A DNA stretch of 64,000 nt from Lingula anatina. Taxonomy: Eukaryota > Animalia > Brachiopoda. The notes under the pieces are model-generated. The model was not told where the DNA came from. It was given only the letters and a program-made list of their open reading frames with translations, and made no database searches. Position 1 is the stretch's first letter, and each line of letters starts with the position of its first letter. Position numbers and translations under genes: made by a program. Positions 1 to 12,300 of this stretch are shown here, in pieces. The stretch covers positions 25,978,001-26,042,000 of the forward strand of contig CM120642.1 of NCBI GenBank assembly GCA_051362555.1. The letters are read 5' to 3'.

Positions 1-1870
1 GCCTCGATGCTATCTTGTTATGACAAGTTGCGTGTGGGTTAAAGTTGGGCAACCCTTTTCGTGTAAACGTCTAAATAATCTCTGATATTCGCTTCAGAAA
101 AAAATTTTGTGTACAATGATATCTTTGTCAAGTTTTGCGTGCATTTTCATCTACAAGTTCGTTATACAAAGAGTTTGAGCATAAAATGTTACTTAGAATA
201 GTAGCTATTTTAGGTATATACTCGTAATCTAAAAGGAAATATGGAGTATCATATCCCATCTAATGAATCTAATGACATTGTCGTACAAAATGTCCAAAAA
301 TGTCCCTCTCTTCTTTCGACCGCTTCGAAATCCATCCCGCTAAACCGTAAATCTTATTTTTATAGAAAGAGATAAGACGTCATCATGCATGCTATAAGGC
401 TCCAAAAAGGTCAAATACTTTCAAAACAATGTCAGTTTAATTATGACTTTTACAAAGTGTTCATGGCGGCAAAGGTATCCGTGCAACGGAATTCGGGATG
501 TATTCCCCTGCTTGCCCAAGTGTAATTTGCAACATGTTTAAAACGAATAATAGGGGAGATTCGATGGAGGTGAGATAGAGCAGGGAGAGATGGAAAGAGT
601 GACCGGGCTACTGGAACCGTGCGTCACTGAGGGCACAAAATGATTACTTTTTGTCAAAAACTTCCGCATGCAAATGAGCTTTTTTAGAAACGAATACTTT
701 GACAAACTGATGCAGTGCTTTAAAACGTCAACATCCCGCCCTACATATAAAACGTATTCATAGCACACCATAAAGTTAGTCAAAATATCTGGTTTTTGAC
801 GAAGGGTCTTGCCAACATTCTTCCACCGCGAATCCACAGCAAAGCTATCTCAATGTTCTCCAACGGTTGAGAGCCCCCCCCCCCCCCCCCCCCCCCCCTT
901 AATTTAATTATACTGTATCTGTATGGCCGGCACTGTTTTAACAAGGGCCTTGAGAAGACTTTAAATATGTCATTCTGCTCATGCTAATGACTCGCCCGGA
1001 TAGGCGTCTTTTATCGCGAAGAGGTGGACTTTGTCATAATATATCATAGAGAAAACCATTATCTTCTGAATGCTATGCATAAAGTGAACCCATTTTGCGC
1101 AACCCGGATGGTGTTCATAAATAAGAAATGGTTTGTTTTAAAACATCTTTGGTTTGCTATAAACATCAGTTCACTTCGCAGGTGCAAACTCTTGCTCTTG
1201 TTGTAGACTTTTGTCTTTTGTGTTTCAGTTTCATTCACAAGTACTCCACGCCAATGCTTTGGTCTTAACTAGCGTAATGCGCAAATAGGTTGCTTATTTC
1301 ACCATTACATGGAGTGTCCCGTACAGTGTCACGGATTAGGTGAGATTTCATAGGTCACAGAAAAGCGTCTGACACCATCAATAAAACTACCTTCACTTAA
1401 GTTACACTCGCTACCTAAGTCATTATTGAGCACACCGTGTCATAGGTAATCTACAATGGGACAATATATAATAATATGATATTGCGTAACTACACTGTAA
1501 TCATCGGCAACGACGCCATTACACTGATAATCAACTAACAGGTATCATAAGGGCTTACATGGCAAAGGCAAGATCACGGAGGCAAACCCCCACGAAATCA
1601 TTCACTGATTATACGCGTCTGCTCACTAATTCCCCTAATTCCAGGGATTTTTAAGTACAGACCCAGGTGACAGCTACATACCAGTACTCATTGGTTGGAA
1701 TCTGATACAATGAAAACCATGGTCTAAAACCAGGTTAATTCCTTACCTTTCCTGGTTTTCTCTGCTAGTGATTACGTGATTGCACAAAATGACACATTGG
1801 CCTTATTATAACTTCGGTTAATCTTTTAATTCGTGTTTCTTTTTTTTCGTTTTTGATTGTGTTATGATAA

Positions 1871-1904
1871 TCCCCGAAGAAGGCCCAGGGGCCGAAAGCT
1901 CGGA
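1871..1904 (+). ncRNA. Minimal type I hammerhead ribozyme motif (Penelope-like), CCGAAGA core variant
   Basis: tcc-CCGAAGA-a-ggcc(cagg)ggcc-GAAA-gctc-gga: 3-bp stem I (tcc/gga), 4-bp stem II, palindromic AGCT in the stem III region and a CUC cleavage triplet. Confidence 0.6.
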
Positions 1905-3306
1905 CTTTATTTAACAACTATTATGTAGATCTTTCTAGATGCATCAAAATGTTTTTACTTCTAATTATTGTGTTATGTACACGAAAATAAAAACAACCTA
2001 CCGCCACATTTTCGGTTTTATAGCCTCATATATACGAAAATGTGCAAGACCAACTCTTTTATGATTCTAGTTCCTGTAAACAGAAAAGTTTAGACGGCTT
2101 ACCTATAAATTCGTTCCTTATCCGAACTCTAACCTTGATATCTTGGGCAGAGATGATAAGACAATTGATAAAGGCGAGAAGAGAAGTCTTATATTGGGCG
2201 TTCCCGTCTCCTGTGAGTTCCCGGATAATAACGAAAAATCTGTACCTCTCATTTTTCTGTGTCTGAAAATAGGAAAAATATAAAACTTTCAATTAGCAAA
2301 TTGATTTTGAAAATTCTATTCCGTTAAAAAACGAAAATTATAATTCTAAAAGAATTCTATTGTGATAAGCAATTATTTTATAAAACTATACCCCCAATGT
2401 TTAAAGCCATACACTTTCCTTGAACGATTCTGCTATGTTATATATTTTCTAGTAAAGTCGCCTAAAGACAATGGTCTACTAGTGTGCACATATCCCATTT
2501 GCATATAATTTATTCAAGTCGTTAAAATATAATTTCAATTTCCTGTGTTATATTGTACACTTGCAGATTGTGAATGCTGTTCATAAATCATCATGGTCGT
2601 AAAAAAAATTAATCTCCAAAACAAGTGCCTGCACAGTTAAAACGAGATCGCAGTGGCGATAATGATAATCACGACGATGGTAATGGTGATAATGGATCCG
2701 ATAAATTTTACAAAAAAAAAGTGACTTTATTCTCGTATCAACAAGACCAAATGTACCATTTGTCAATTTGAATGATTATTTTAATGACAAGCGCCATCAT
2801 TTTGTCCCTTTTCTTTAAAAACAAGAGCCCTGAGAGTTACGGCACCCCGCAGTGATAATAAGAGGTGAGGGCAATCGCAAGACTAAAGTTGACATCTTTA
2901 TTCTTAACGATAATAAGTTTTTACGCGTGCAGGTCAAGTGGAGGCAAACAAGTGCAAACTTGCAGGTGTCAGAGTCGACAGAAATCAGTAGTTGGTCACC
3001 AACAAGTGCACTTTCATAAACGGTTTCCTTACCGCCCCATCCGAGTGTTTGCACGATGACTACGACGAAGCTTGATAATGTTCCATTGAAGACAACCATG
3101 AAGTGAATTTAATAAAACCAATGGCAAAACCTCCAAGAGGTTGGTATCAAAATTGACCTTTTTGGTGACGAATGTGTCGCATAAGTTTTCTCAAACAGTG
3201 TCATTTAAGGTAGGCCTTTATGGCATTGATGATGTACAAAGAAAATCTATTTTGTCATAAACTTCCGCATGTTAAGTAACTCATAAGAACGAATACTTTG
3301 TCAAAC

Positions 3307-3343
3307 CATGGAAATAAATGGTGTGGTACCATATATTTCCATG
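3307..3343. mobile_element. 37-bp hairpin micro-element with 7-bp TSD
   Basis: catggaaataaatggt...accatatatttccatg flanked by gtcaaac (3300-3306, 3344-3350); the related host repeat at ~650-735 has a single gacaaac (701-707). Confidence 0.75.
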
Positions 3344-6300
3344 GTCAAACTAATGCACTGCTATTAGACCTCAACATCTCAACTTAAATACACTATGTAT
3401 AAAAAAAAACACAGCTCACCATCAAGATAGTCAAAATCCCATTTATGATCGACATGGAAAAATCAGAGCCACATACATTGTCACGCCACAAAGCATAGGC
3501 CCGGCATTGTTGTAGGATGTTCTGGGTGGGAAAACTGGCCATAAGGATGGTGATATCTGGTCCCATATCTGCGTTAACGTCTTCAGACCACATTCAAAAT
3601 GGTCTTTGGGACACACCATTAAAGGTGCGGTTGACCCGTGCGGCTGGCCCCAAGGGCAGCGCGCTTACTTAGCCAAATACAAATGGGTTAATGGAACCAG
3701 ATACAATGTATATAATTTCCACTGCTAAAAACAGTCGTTTGTAGTGGTCTAAATTATCACCTTTTATTCAGGTCGTATGGGTACATAACATTAATAGCAC
3801 GAGTGCTGCCACACGCTGTTTAGGTTACTTTCAGCGTGAAAAGCATTAATTATTTTCATAATCTGGTAATTAATGTTTTCATATTTTAAACTTTTGTCGG
3901 CAACATAGGGGTAAATGAGCTGTCGACCTTGTTTGTTTTACCTGTAACTGTTCAACCCAAGTCTGTTTTGTTTATATACTCAAAGACAGATGAGCTTACG
4001 ACCCACTTCATGCCCAAGTTCCAGAAAGAAAGGTTGTCAGATTTTTCCATTGAGCTCAGAACCGAGGCGAAATTCCCAACGCAAATAAAACTGATATTAC
4101 CGATCCAAATGTTGTGGTTTGAAAGGCTCAGTTTTCACGACTTCTCAATACCTTTCATTTTCAAGACGGATCATGATCCTAATGCAATTATTACCATGCC
4201 CACGTGCTAATGACCCTCCACGTTCTGTCAACCACCTTACACTTATACGGGGTACTTTACTTCATTGTCCAAAGTTTGTTTTCTTCCGGATGTTGCACAA
4301 TGTTTATATTTGGACAGGTACCACTTAACAATATCAAGGTGATTACCGACCTAATCAGCCACCATAGGATTAATGTGAGAAACGTAGCACGCACTAAACA
4401 CCACGATACACCCCTCAACAGAGGTAAGCGCCCTGAAGCGAAATTATTAATATCTGGGACGCCAGAAAACTCCATAACTAATGTTTCGGCATAGTAATAT
4501 CAAAGATAAACAGAGGTCCTCTTTTTAGTGAAGACTGAGAGAGGGAGTTCCATACCTCTAGGCACTGGGGTTAACAAGTCGTCGGGAAGGACGTTGGTTT
4601 TTATGTTTTTGGTCAATCCCTTTAAAACGTGCAGTGCTTTCGCGTACAATGTGGTCATCTCGTGGCTAAAATAACGAAATGACCTCAAGCGATAAATCAA
4701 TGATCTTAAGGCCCAATGCACCCGCTGACGGATGATGCATCTACACTGTGAAATTTGAAGAAAGTCGTTGTTTTTAATTAAGGAGACAGATTTGCAACTT
4801 ACATGAGTCAAATGTGCTTAAGATATGGAGTCATTACAGGGTCGATACACGGCCACAAAGTACAAATTCTGCCTTAAGCATTGACGACTTAATGCATTAA
4901 TTGTTAAAGCTTTTACCGAACCATTTTGGTATTGTTGGCGGTCCATCCTTTTAGACCAAGCCCTTATTCCCCAGGGTAACCTAATCCGGACTCATACAGA
5001 GCCGCACTGGTCAATGGCAGGTGTCCACTATATTCTTGTCATTATCTTCCGATAGAATTTCAAAGAGAAAAAACAAGTTTCCATTGATGGTATTTGTAAT
5101 TTCACGGACATTAAATGCCCATAGACGTTTAAAATAGGATCGTGGTTGTATACTGAGAAATTGGAGACGTTCCATAGAACTGATAAATTCCACTGCATGT
5201 CTCACCTGTAAGGTTTAATGCCAGGAATATGCCCCAGGGAATGACTAGACTATGCTGCTTCGGGGCCATATAGATATAGATATATATACAACGGGAGGCC
5301 GGACAGAGCGCATGCCAGTCAACTAGATACTCCAAAGAATATCTGAACCTTTTTTTACTCTATACAGTCCCAGGGTGTAAGATACGGCATAGGGGAGCAG
5401 GTGGCGCGCACGGCAAAATATGAACCAAACACGACAAAGGTGCATCTAGGACACCTCTACTGACCAGAACAGTCACAGTAGCCGCTGGACAATGGTTCAA
5501 GTGATAGCAGTCGATCTTATCACAGCACCATGGTCTGCGGGCATGCCAGGCTATTCATTTTGTCAACCACTGCCAGCATTGACCATACCTCAAAGTCAAT
5601 CATCCTTATTGTCATATTGTAGTGTTAGAATGGCAAACACCAAAATTGTAATTTGATTGTATGTATATTCAGAATTATTTCGTGTGGAATTAAGTATCGG
5701 TTACAGTGCCCAAATACTTGTATCTTGTAATCCGTTTGTTTCCCTACCAACGCCTAAGACCACGCCATATAGGCCTATTACCATCATAATCATGTAAGGC
5801 AAAGGCTACGCATATGTTAAAACATAACGAATATACAGTATATATATATTTCTGTCAGCTTTCATAGACAAGTCACTCTCTCGAACAATGATTTTGCATT
5901 GCAGATTGTGCTACTTGACTATATATACGTATTCTACGGAACACTGACAGTGATTGGATGACATAATCTACTTAGACGGAATAGATTCCGAACATTGTCA
6001 GTGTGTGTTTAGGTATTTCGATCCGAGACTATTGAACCTTACTTCCCTTGGTGTGTATACCACTACGTCAGGAAGAGGTCTGTGTCGTAACGTGATAAAT
6101 ATTTTTGTTCTAAAGTACACAATATCATGAATACAGAACCATCAACGTGGCGCCCTGCGTAATTCTGATCTCGAGATTTTTGCAAAGAGAAAGATGGTCT
6201 AGATGGTCCTACCTACAACCCTCCTCCCATTCCAAACGCCAAACTCGGACACGTCGATAGCCTATAAGACCGGTCTAAACTTGAATATTTATGTCAAAAT

Positions 6301-9300
6301 GGCCCAAAGCTTCAAGCGACTTTTGGAAGTTCTGTGTCAAATATTTCACCCCATTGTCAATGTCACGGGCATGGAACGAAACACGCAATTACTCCCTGGG
6401 GGTTGCAAATTGTTTTTTGGAGTAGATTTAGCTGTTTCGTTGGGTGCCCAGAATGAAGGCAGCGTAAGATAAATTACCAGGATGACTTGCAAAATACACG
6501 CAAGATCTGATTTCAAACCTGCATATTTATGAATGGTCTACCGTAGCTACTGTGACAAAACCTTGCACAAATAAACTTTCCATCAAATCCTCGTTGACAA
6601 ACTGATCGACTGTTGACCATGTCATCCCCCGAGATATTTTAATCCGGTGTGCACAGCCTCCACTGTTATCAGATCTAAACCAAGATGCAAGAACAACAGT
6701 CAATATGTTTTACTATTTTTACTTAGACTTTATTTGCTATCCAGTAGTATGTCATCCTGACAAACCAAACAACATATATTCAATTTCGTAACTTCAGTTG
6801 TTCACACGATTCAGAGCACACTTAGAAGGTAAGCGTATACGGGGCACTTGTAATCACTTATATACGTTGAATTCAAGAGGAATGGCTCTCGGAGGTCGAG
6901 GACTGCTTATAATTGAAATTTAGACAAAAGTTAAAATATAGTTTTGGCAGCTGATTCGCAACCAGTGCATGAGTCACATCTAGGTAAATATGGTCCTTTA
7001 GAGGATGAGTAATTTACGTTTAAATACTGATTATTTTCGTAAATATCTATCTCATATGGCAAAGAAATATTATTCTACGGCACATACACGCATACATGCT
7101 AGTATAGTAAAGATAGCAATTGCCGTGAAGGAATCGTTTTACTGACTTTTATAAACACTCACTTCAAAATAAAATTTGGGCGAAATGGGCGTCATAAAGA
7201 GTTAGACAGTTTTTTTTACTCCTGACAGGAGACGCTGGAATCGTGCTTATCCAGATCTGGCACGTCACCTTAGAGAAGCAAATGTCACAAGGTCTTCTCA
7301 ACATTATTTTTTCTCCACAAAGACCAGTGGCTGCCTGAAAGTAAGACTTTTTATTTCTGCTCTCTGGTTTAACCTTTCGGTTTGTCTAAGAGCTTCCTTA
7401 GGCAATCTCTTTGTAGAAATTGCTTGGTAAGGCGCTATATGCGGGGTCATATGAAAAATGCCTTCGAAAGACGTCTAATTCTCTATCATCCAGTCAATAT
7501 TGACACTCAGCAACTTCGGAAGTACGAGCAACCAAATTTGTTTGGCTTCGACAAAAAAGGCGAATAAAGGTTTAATGCCCCAAGGTAAAATCAGACCAAA
7601 TGCGATAATAATAACGCAAATGAATCATATATAATTCAGTCTTCCCAAACTGTTAGCATAGACGGAACCAAAGACTATACATTTTCAGTCTTTTATTCAA
7701 ATTAGACAGTTTACAACATACATGTTGATTGGAAGATTGGTATAACGGATAGTGACAACAGATGCAACAAAATGCAACTTCATCTTGGAATCATGATCAA
7801 CATAGGTAGTTAACTTCCCCCTCCAACTTTTGCATATATTTCCCATTTATAAGGAGAACACAATGCCCACTTTTCATTGGCACTATACATGGTTGAATCC
7901 GTTTCCTGCAGAGAAGAGCTCACAGGCGCGTGCTTTATCCCACCGAAACAAAGCCACAAAGCTGCTATAACAACAATGGGACTTCTCCCCTATTCACAGA
8001 TTTGTCTAGAATTTCCCACACACGTCGAACATAAAGAATGGGACGATTTTATTCGGCGTTCTTATCACCCACAAACGAGAAAATCCTTGACCTTCAAGCT
8101 CCCTTTGCGATATAAAGGCGGAAAGAAAGCATCCATAGAAGCCAAATGAACCGCTGTACAAGAGGACATCTTCAAAGTTTACTCGTGATTGTTTTGTCGA
8201 ATAGCTGGTCGAGTGTCTGAAAAATCCTATAGCAGATGGCTACCAAAAAACTACCTTCGGAAAAGAGGACTTGTAACGATACAATCTTGCTGAAGAAAAC
8301 TTAAATTACTATTTGATTCGAGGGATTGCATTTAAATCGATAAAAATGCATGTTTGAGTTACAGAAAGACCAATGGCATTGTTTAAGGCATCTCTGTAAT
8401 AATTGAAGAAAAAAGATATTTTATATTATTGAACAGCTGCAACGATTATATTTAAGGCAATGTATTGTAATGATAATGTCATTCGGAACAGGTGTTTTCA
8501 TTTGATACGGGTCTTTTCGACTTTTTCAAGTTCAATTCTATGGCCGTTTACAGACGTCTGAAATTTTAGCCTTTACTATCTTTCCTGTGGATGCCCCGTG
8601 AAGTTAAACATGACAGGCCAACCCCTCCTTGATGGACAGTCTTCTTAAAGTTCTCTAAACTGAAGGTATAATAGTTTTTATCTCATCATTTCCAATTCTT
8701 AATTTTGGATTATTCATTTGTTATATTTTCATCCTCATTTGTTGCATAGTGCCTATCACTTTGTCAATCTTAACAATGCGTTCGTTTAGAAAGTGATATA
8801 TTATTTACAAGTGCTCTTTGAATATATCACAGGTATTGTTCTTGGAAACGGTTTCAAGTTTCCCGATCGGAAATGGCGATGCTGGATTAAGTAATGCGTT
8901 AGCGCCATATTTGGAAACATTTATGATGCGTTGTGTAACACCCGCCATTTTGTCAATGTCTGCTTTTGATACATTATCGTCTGCGTCCATTACAGCACTG
9001 TCGTCTTGTCTGATGACCTGATGAGGCTAAACTAGGCGGGATTAATGGCATTTTGACAGAGACATGAGATGCAAGCAAGAGGAACCAAAAAAGGAAACGC
9101 CATTAGGCTGCCAAAGTACTTGTAAAATTGCACTGCCTTGGGCAACAAACCTAACTACTGCTTGAAGATTTTAGAACTTTTTGACAGTTGATATGCCAGG
9201 ACTCGCTCCCGACCTCCTGTTTTCGTAATTTGGTGTTGAATGGCCAAAAATGTGTCGCAGCTGCACTACACTGCGCGTGACTTCTATGCATATGCTAAGA

Positions 9301-12300
9301 CTGCTTCCATTTTTCAGATGCGTTCTGTGAGCTGCATGTTAATGTAGAAACATAATGGGTCTAAGGATGGGTGATGAGAATAGCCTGCTGTGGAAACATA
9401 ACCCATGCTCTTTAAGGGGATAAATTACTTTATGACATACATAATGTTCCACCAAAATCACACTAAACAGATAACACGAAAGAAAAATCTAAACATGCCC
9501 CATGCTCTGTCTTGTGCTGGTCCTGCAAGTTTATCATTTTTTTAAATGGGCCAAGGGAAAGGGGGTATATATGTATATTAACGCGTACTTGTACCGGACC
9601 AAAAGGCCATATCGAGGGGACATTTGTCATGTCGCCTGTCATGGTGAATGCTCTTTGCATTTCTAACACAGAATCACATCGCGTAACGTGATATGCATCA
9701 GATATGGCTCAGAAGAAACAGCCATTCTTCTTCAAGGCAATGTTGCTCCCTCAACCTTTTCCCAACTACATTGTCTGTTTAGCCACTGAAGAGGCAGTCA
9801 CCGCTAGAATAATGTTTTGATACCATCTTGGCCTCCACCCGATATAAACTTTACCAACCTCTATCTGTAAAGCCCAACCCTAAAATGACTCCGTTAATTA
9901 TTACACAAAACTTTATCTAAATTCAATTGACTTTGTTCAATTTTTTATGATAAAGAAAATTGTGGGTACAGGTGGGACATATTTTCTGGTAGATTACATC
10001 CACAATTTTCACGGGGTATAAAAGGCATTCCATGGTCAAGCCTTGTATAATAACATCCATTTATTCTCAAGAATGGCTAAAGGACTTGTTGATTGAGTAA
10101 CCCGTGCTTCACTGGAGCTTTTGGGGATTTCTCATCAGGGTTGTTTTGCTTTCGTAATGACTTGCACATGCCTGATCGACCGTGGCCAATGACATAACAA
10201 CGGTCACAATCAGGTATTACACTTTACAAATACTAATAGACCTACCTACTTAAAGCCGTATAAACATGGGAACGCTGGGAAGATGGGAGAGCAAGGGGGA
10301 CATGGGGGCCAGAGAAATGACCCGAACCGGTAACCTTGGGGACAAAAACATCATCCGATTGAATGGTGACATTTCACAGATTTTGACTCCGGTATGTGGA
10401 TCCTTTATCTGAGAGTTGGCGACCACTGTCGTGTTATGAAAAATCGGTACACCTGGGGGTGACCCCTTCGCTTGAAGCAGATGGTGCTAGCTTTGATTTT
10501 GAAACAAAATGGATTCAATGACGTTGTGTGGATAGTATGTTGGTGTATTTGCACATGAACATTTTCAAAACATAACACACAACGGGCTCTATGACGCGAA
10601 ATCAACAAACCCCTGTGGAAGGATCAAAGTATATGTCAAAGTCAGATGCCTTCTCTAAATACTCGACTACACTGCAAAAGAAAATTGCAAAACAGGGATC
10701 AGTAACAGAAACCCAAAACTAATGTATTGACAAGGTAAATGAGACCATGCACTGGTGTATTGGTCGTAATATTTCTGTATTGTCCATTATATTTGAGACG
10801 TGCTTTTTCCCACTGAGACTACTCCTTTGGGCACAGGGAAACACTGTGCGTCGACTTCGTCTCTGGTTCCAAGCCAATAACTTATGTCAAATTTCTCTGC
10901 CCTGAGGCAAGTCAATCTGCACTACCTCGGGACAAAAGGGAGTTTGGTTTCTCCACTTAAAAAATAACAAGAGGCTGAAATTAGACCCTCTTGTGCAGCC
11001 CCGATACATAATACGAGAGTTATTCGATATATTATTGGGATTCTCTATCCGAGTTTAACGGGTACTTTAAGCGTAACCATGCATGTTTGTTTTACACCTT
11101 ATACAGGATGTGAAATTAAAAACTTGATTGTTTGACTATTTAGCCTTGTTTACGGTTGGTGATCATTAATCCGTGCTATAAATTTGCACTTGGTAAGCTG
11201 TATCATAATAAAATGGCGAATAAGTAGCAAGAGCCATAACTATATATAGCCTCGAGTTCAGGTGATGGATTGAATTTTCTTCCAGGACATTTTAAAATCT
11301 AATGGTAGAGTTTTTGGACAGCATTAAATGTATCAGCATCCGGTGTTGTCAAGTGATTGCTCCAATCATAACCTAACCAACAGAAGTCCTCAAAAAGATC
11401 TAGACCATTACCACCAAGCGTTGCGAATTTTATCTCCTTGAGACGTATCATCTTCGGCTATAATTTCGTAATAAATCTCAATTTACAAGTAGGCAGTCTA
11501 CATGCTCTGCATATACAGTACACAGATCGACGATGTTTACCCGTGTTACGCATTTAAAAGCCTACCTATCTGACGTATGAAAATACTGAGCAATGCGCTT
11601 TAAATAGGATGTTTTTAAAATGTTTGGAAAATACTAAGGTGTATCACTCTCGATCTTCTAGTCTACCTCGGCATTCTATGTATGCCTAAGGAGTCTACGA
11701 GTCTACTTGAACTACAATTCGTTTTTCCATCAAGGGTATTTTAAAGGGTCCTCAGTGTAACTTTGTCAACTTAAGAATGTAGAGTTTTAATGCCAAGGAT
11801 TTGCGTAACTGAATATGGGGTTCCGGCTATGAAAGATTAGTTTCACAAACGTAACAACACATCACGTGACATCATGTTGCAGACGATATCCGTAAATCAT
11901 GAAGACACGTCATATGTTAAGGAAGGTTTTGGCATTCAGGGTTGAAAGGGTTGTATTGTCATTCATATACATTTGATGTATTCATAACTCTATGTACAAC
12001 AGGGAAGGGGACGAATCAAAGAGACTGTCCTCCCTTAAAGCTATATCCTTGACGCCAGGATTCTCTGTCTCTGTCATCTGTATGCAGTGTCAATCGTGGT
12101 CCTGACGACATCTCATCAGTACCACCACACTCGTGGGTTGTGACAGCTTTATTTTGTCCTTTTACACTTAGACATGTTTTAACTTATTGACAGATAGCGT
12201 TTCAGAAACTCATGATTCTTACAAATACTCATTCAGGGCGAATTACCCATAAAAGGTGTAAAAACTGCCAGATATATAAACTGAATATGCAGCTGCATAT

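Noticed and set aside
3393-3593. 66-aa minus ORF with a hydrophobic C-terminus
   Set aside because: Weak splice acceptor, no recognisable family and no partner exons found
9018-10137. CTGATGA hammerhead-like cores at ~9018 (+) and ~10137 (-), also ~30164 and ~42468
   Set aside because: Each lacks a proper stem II plus GAAA plus stem I arrangement
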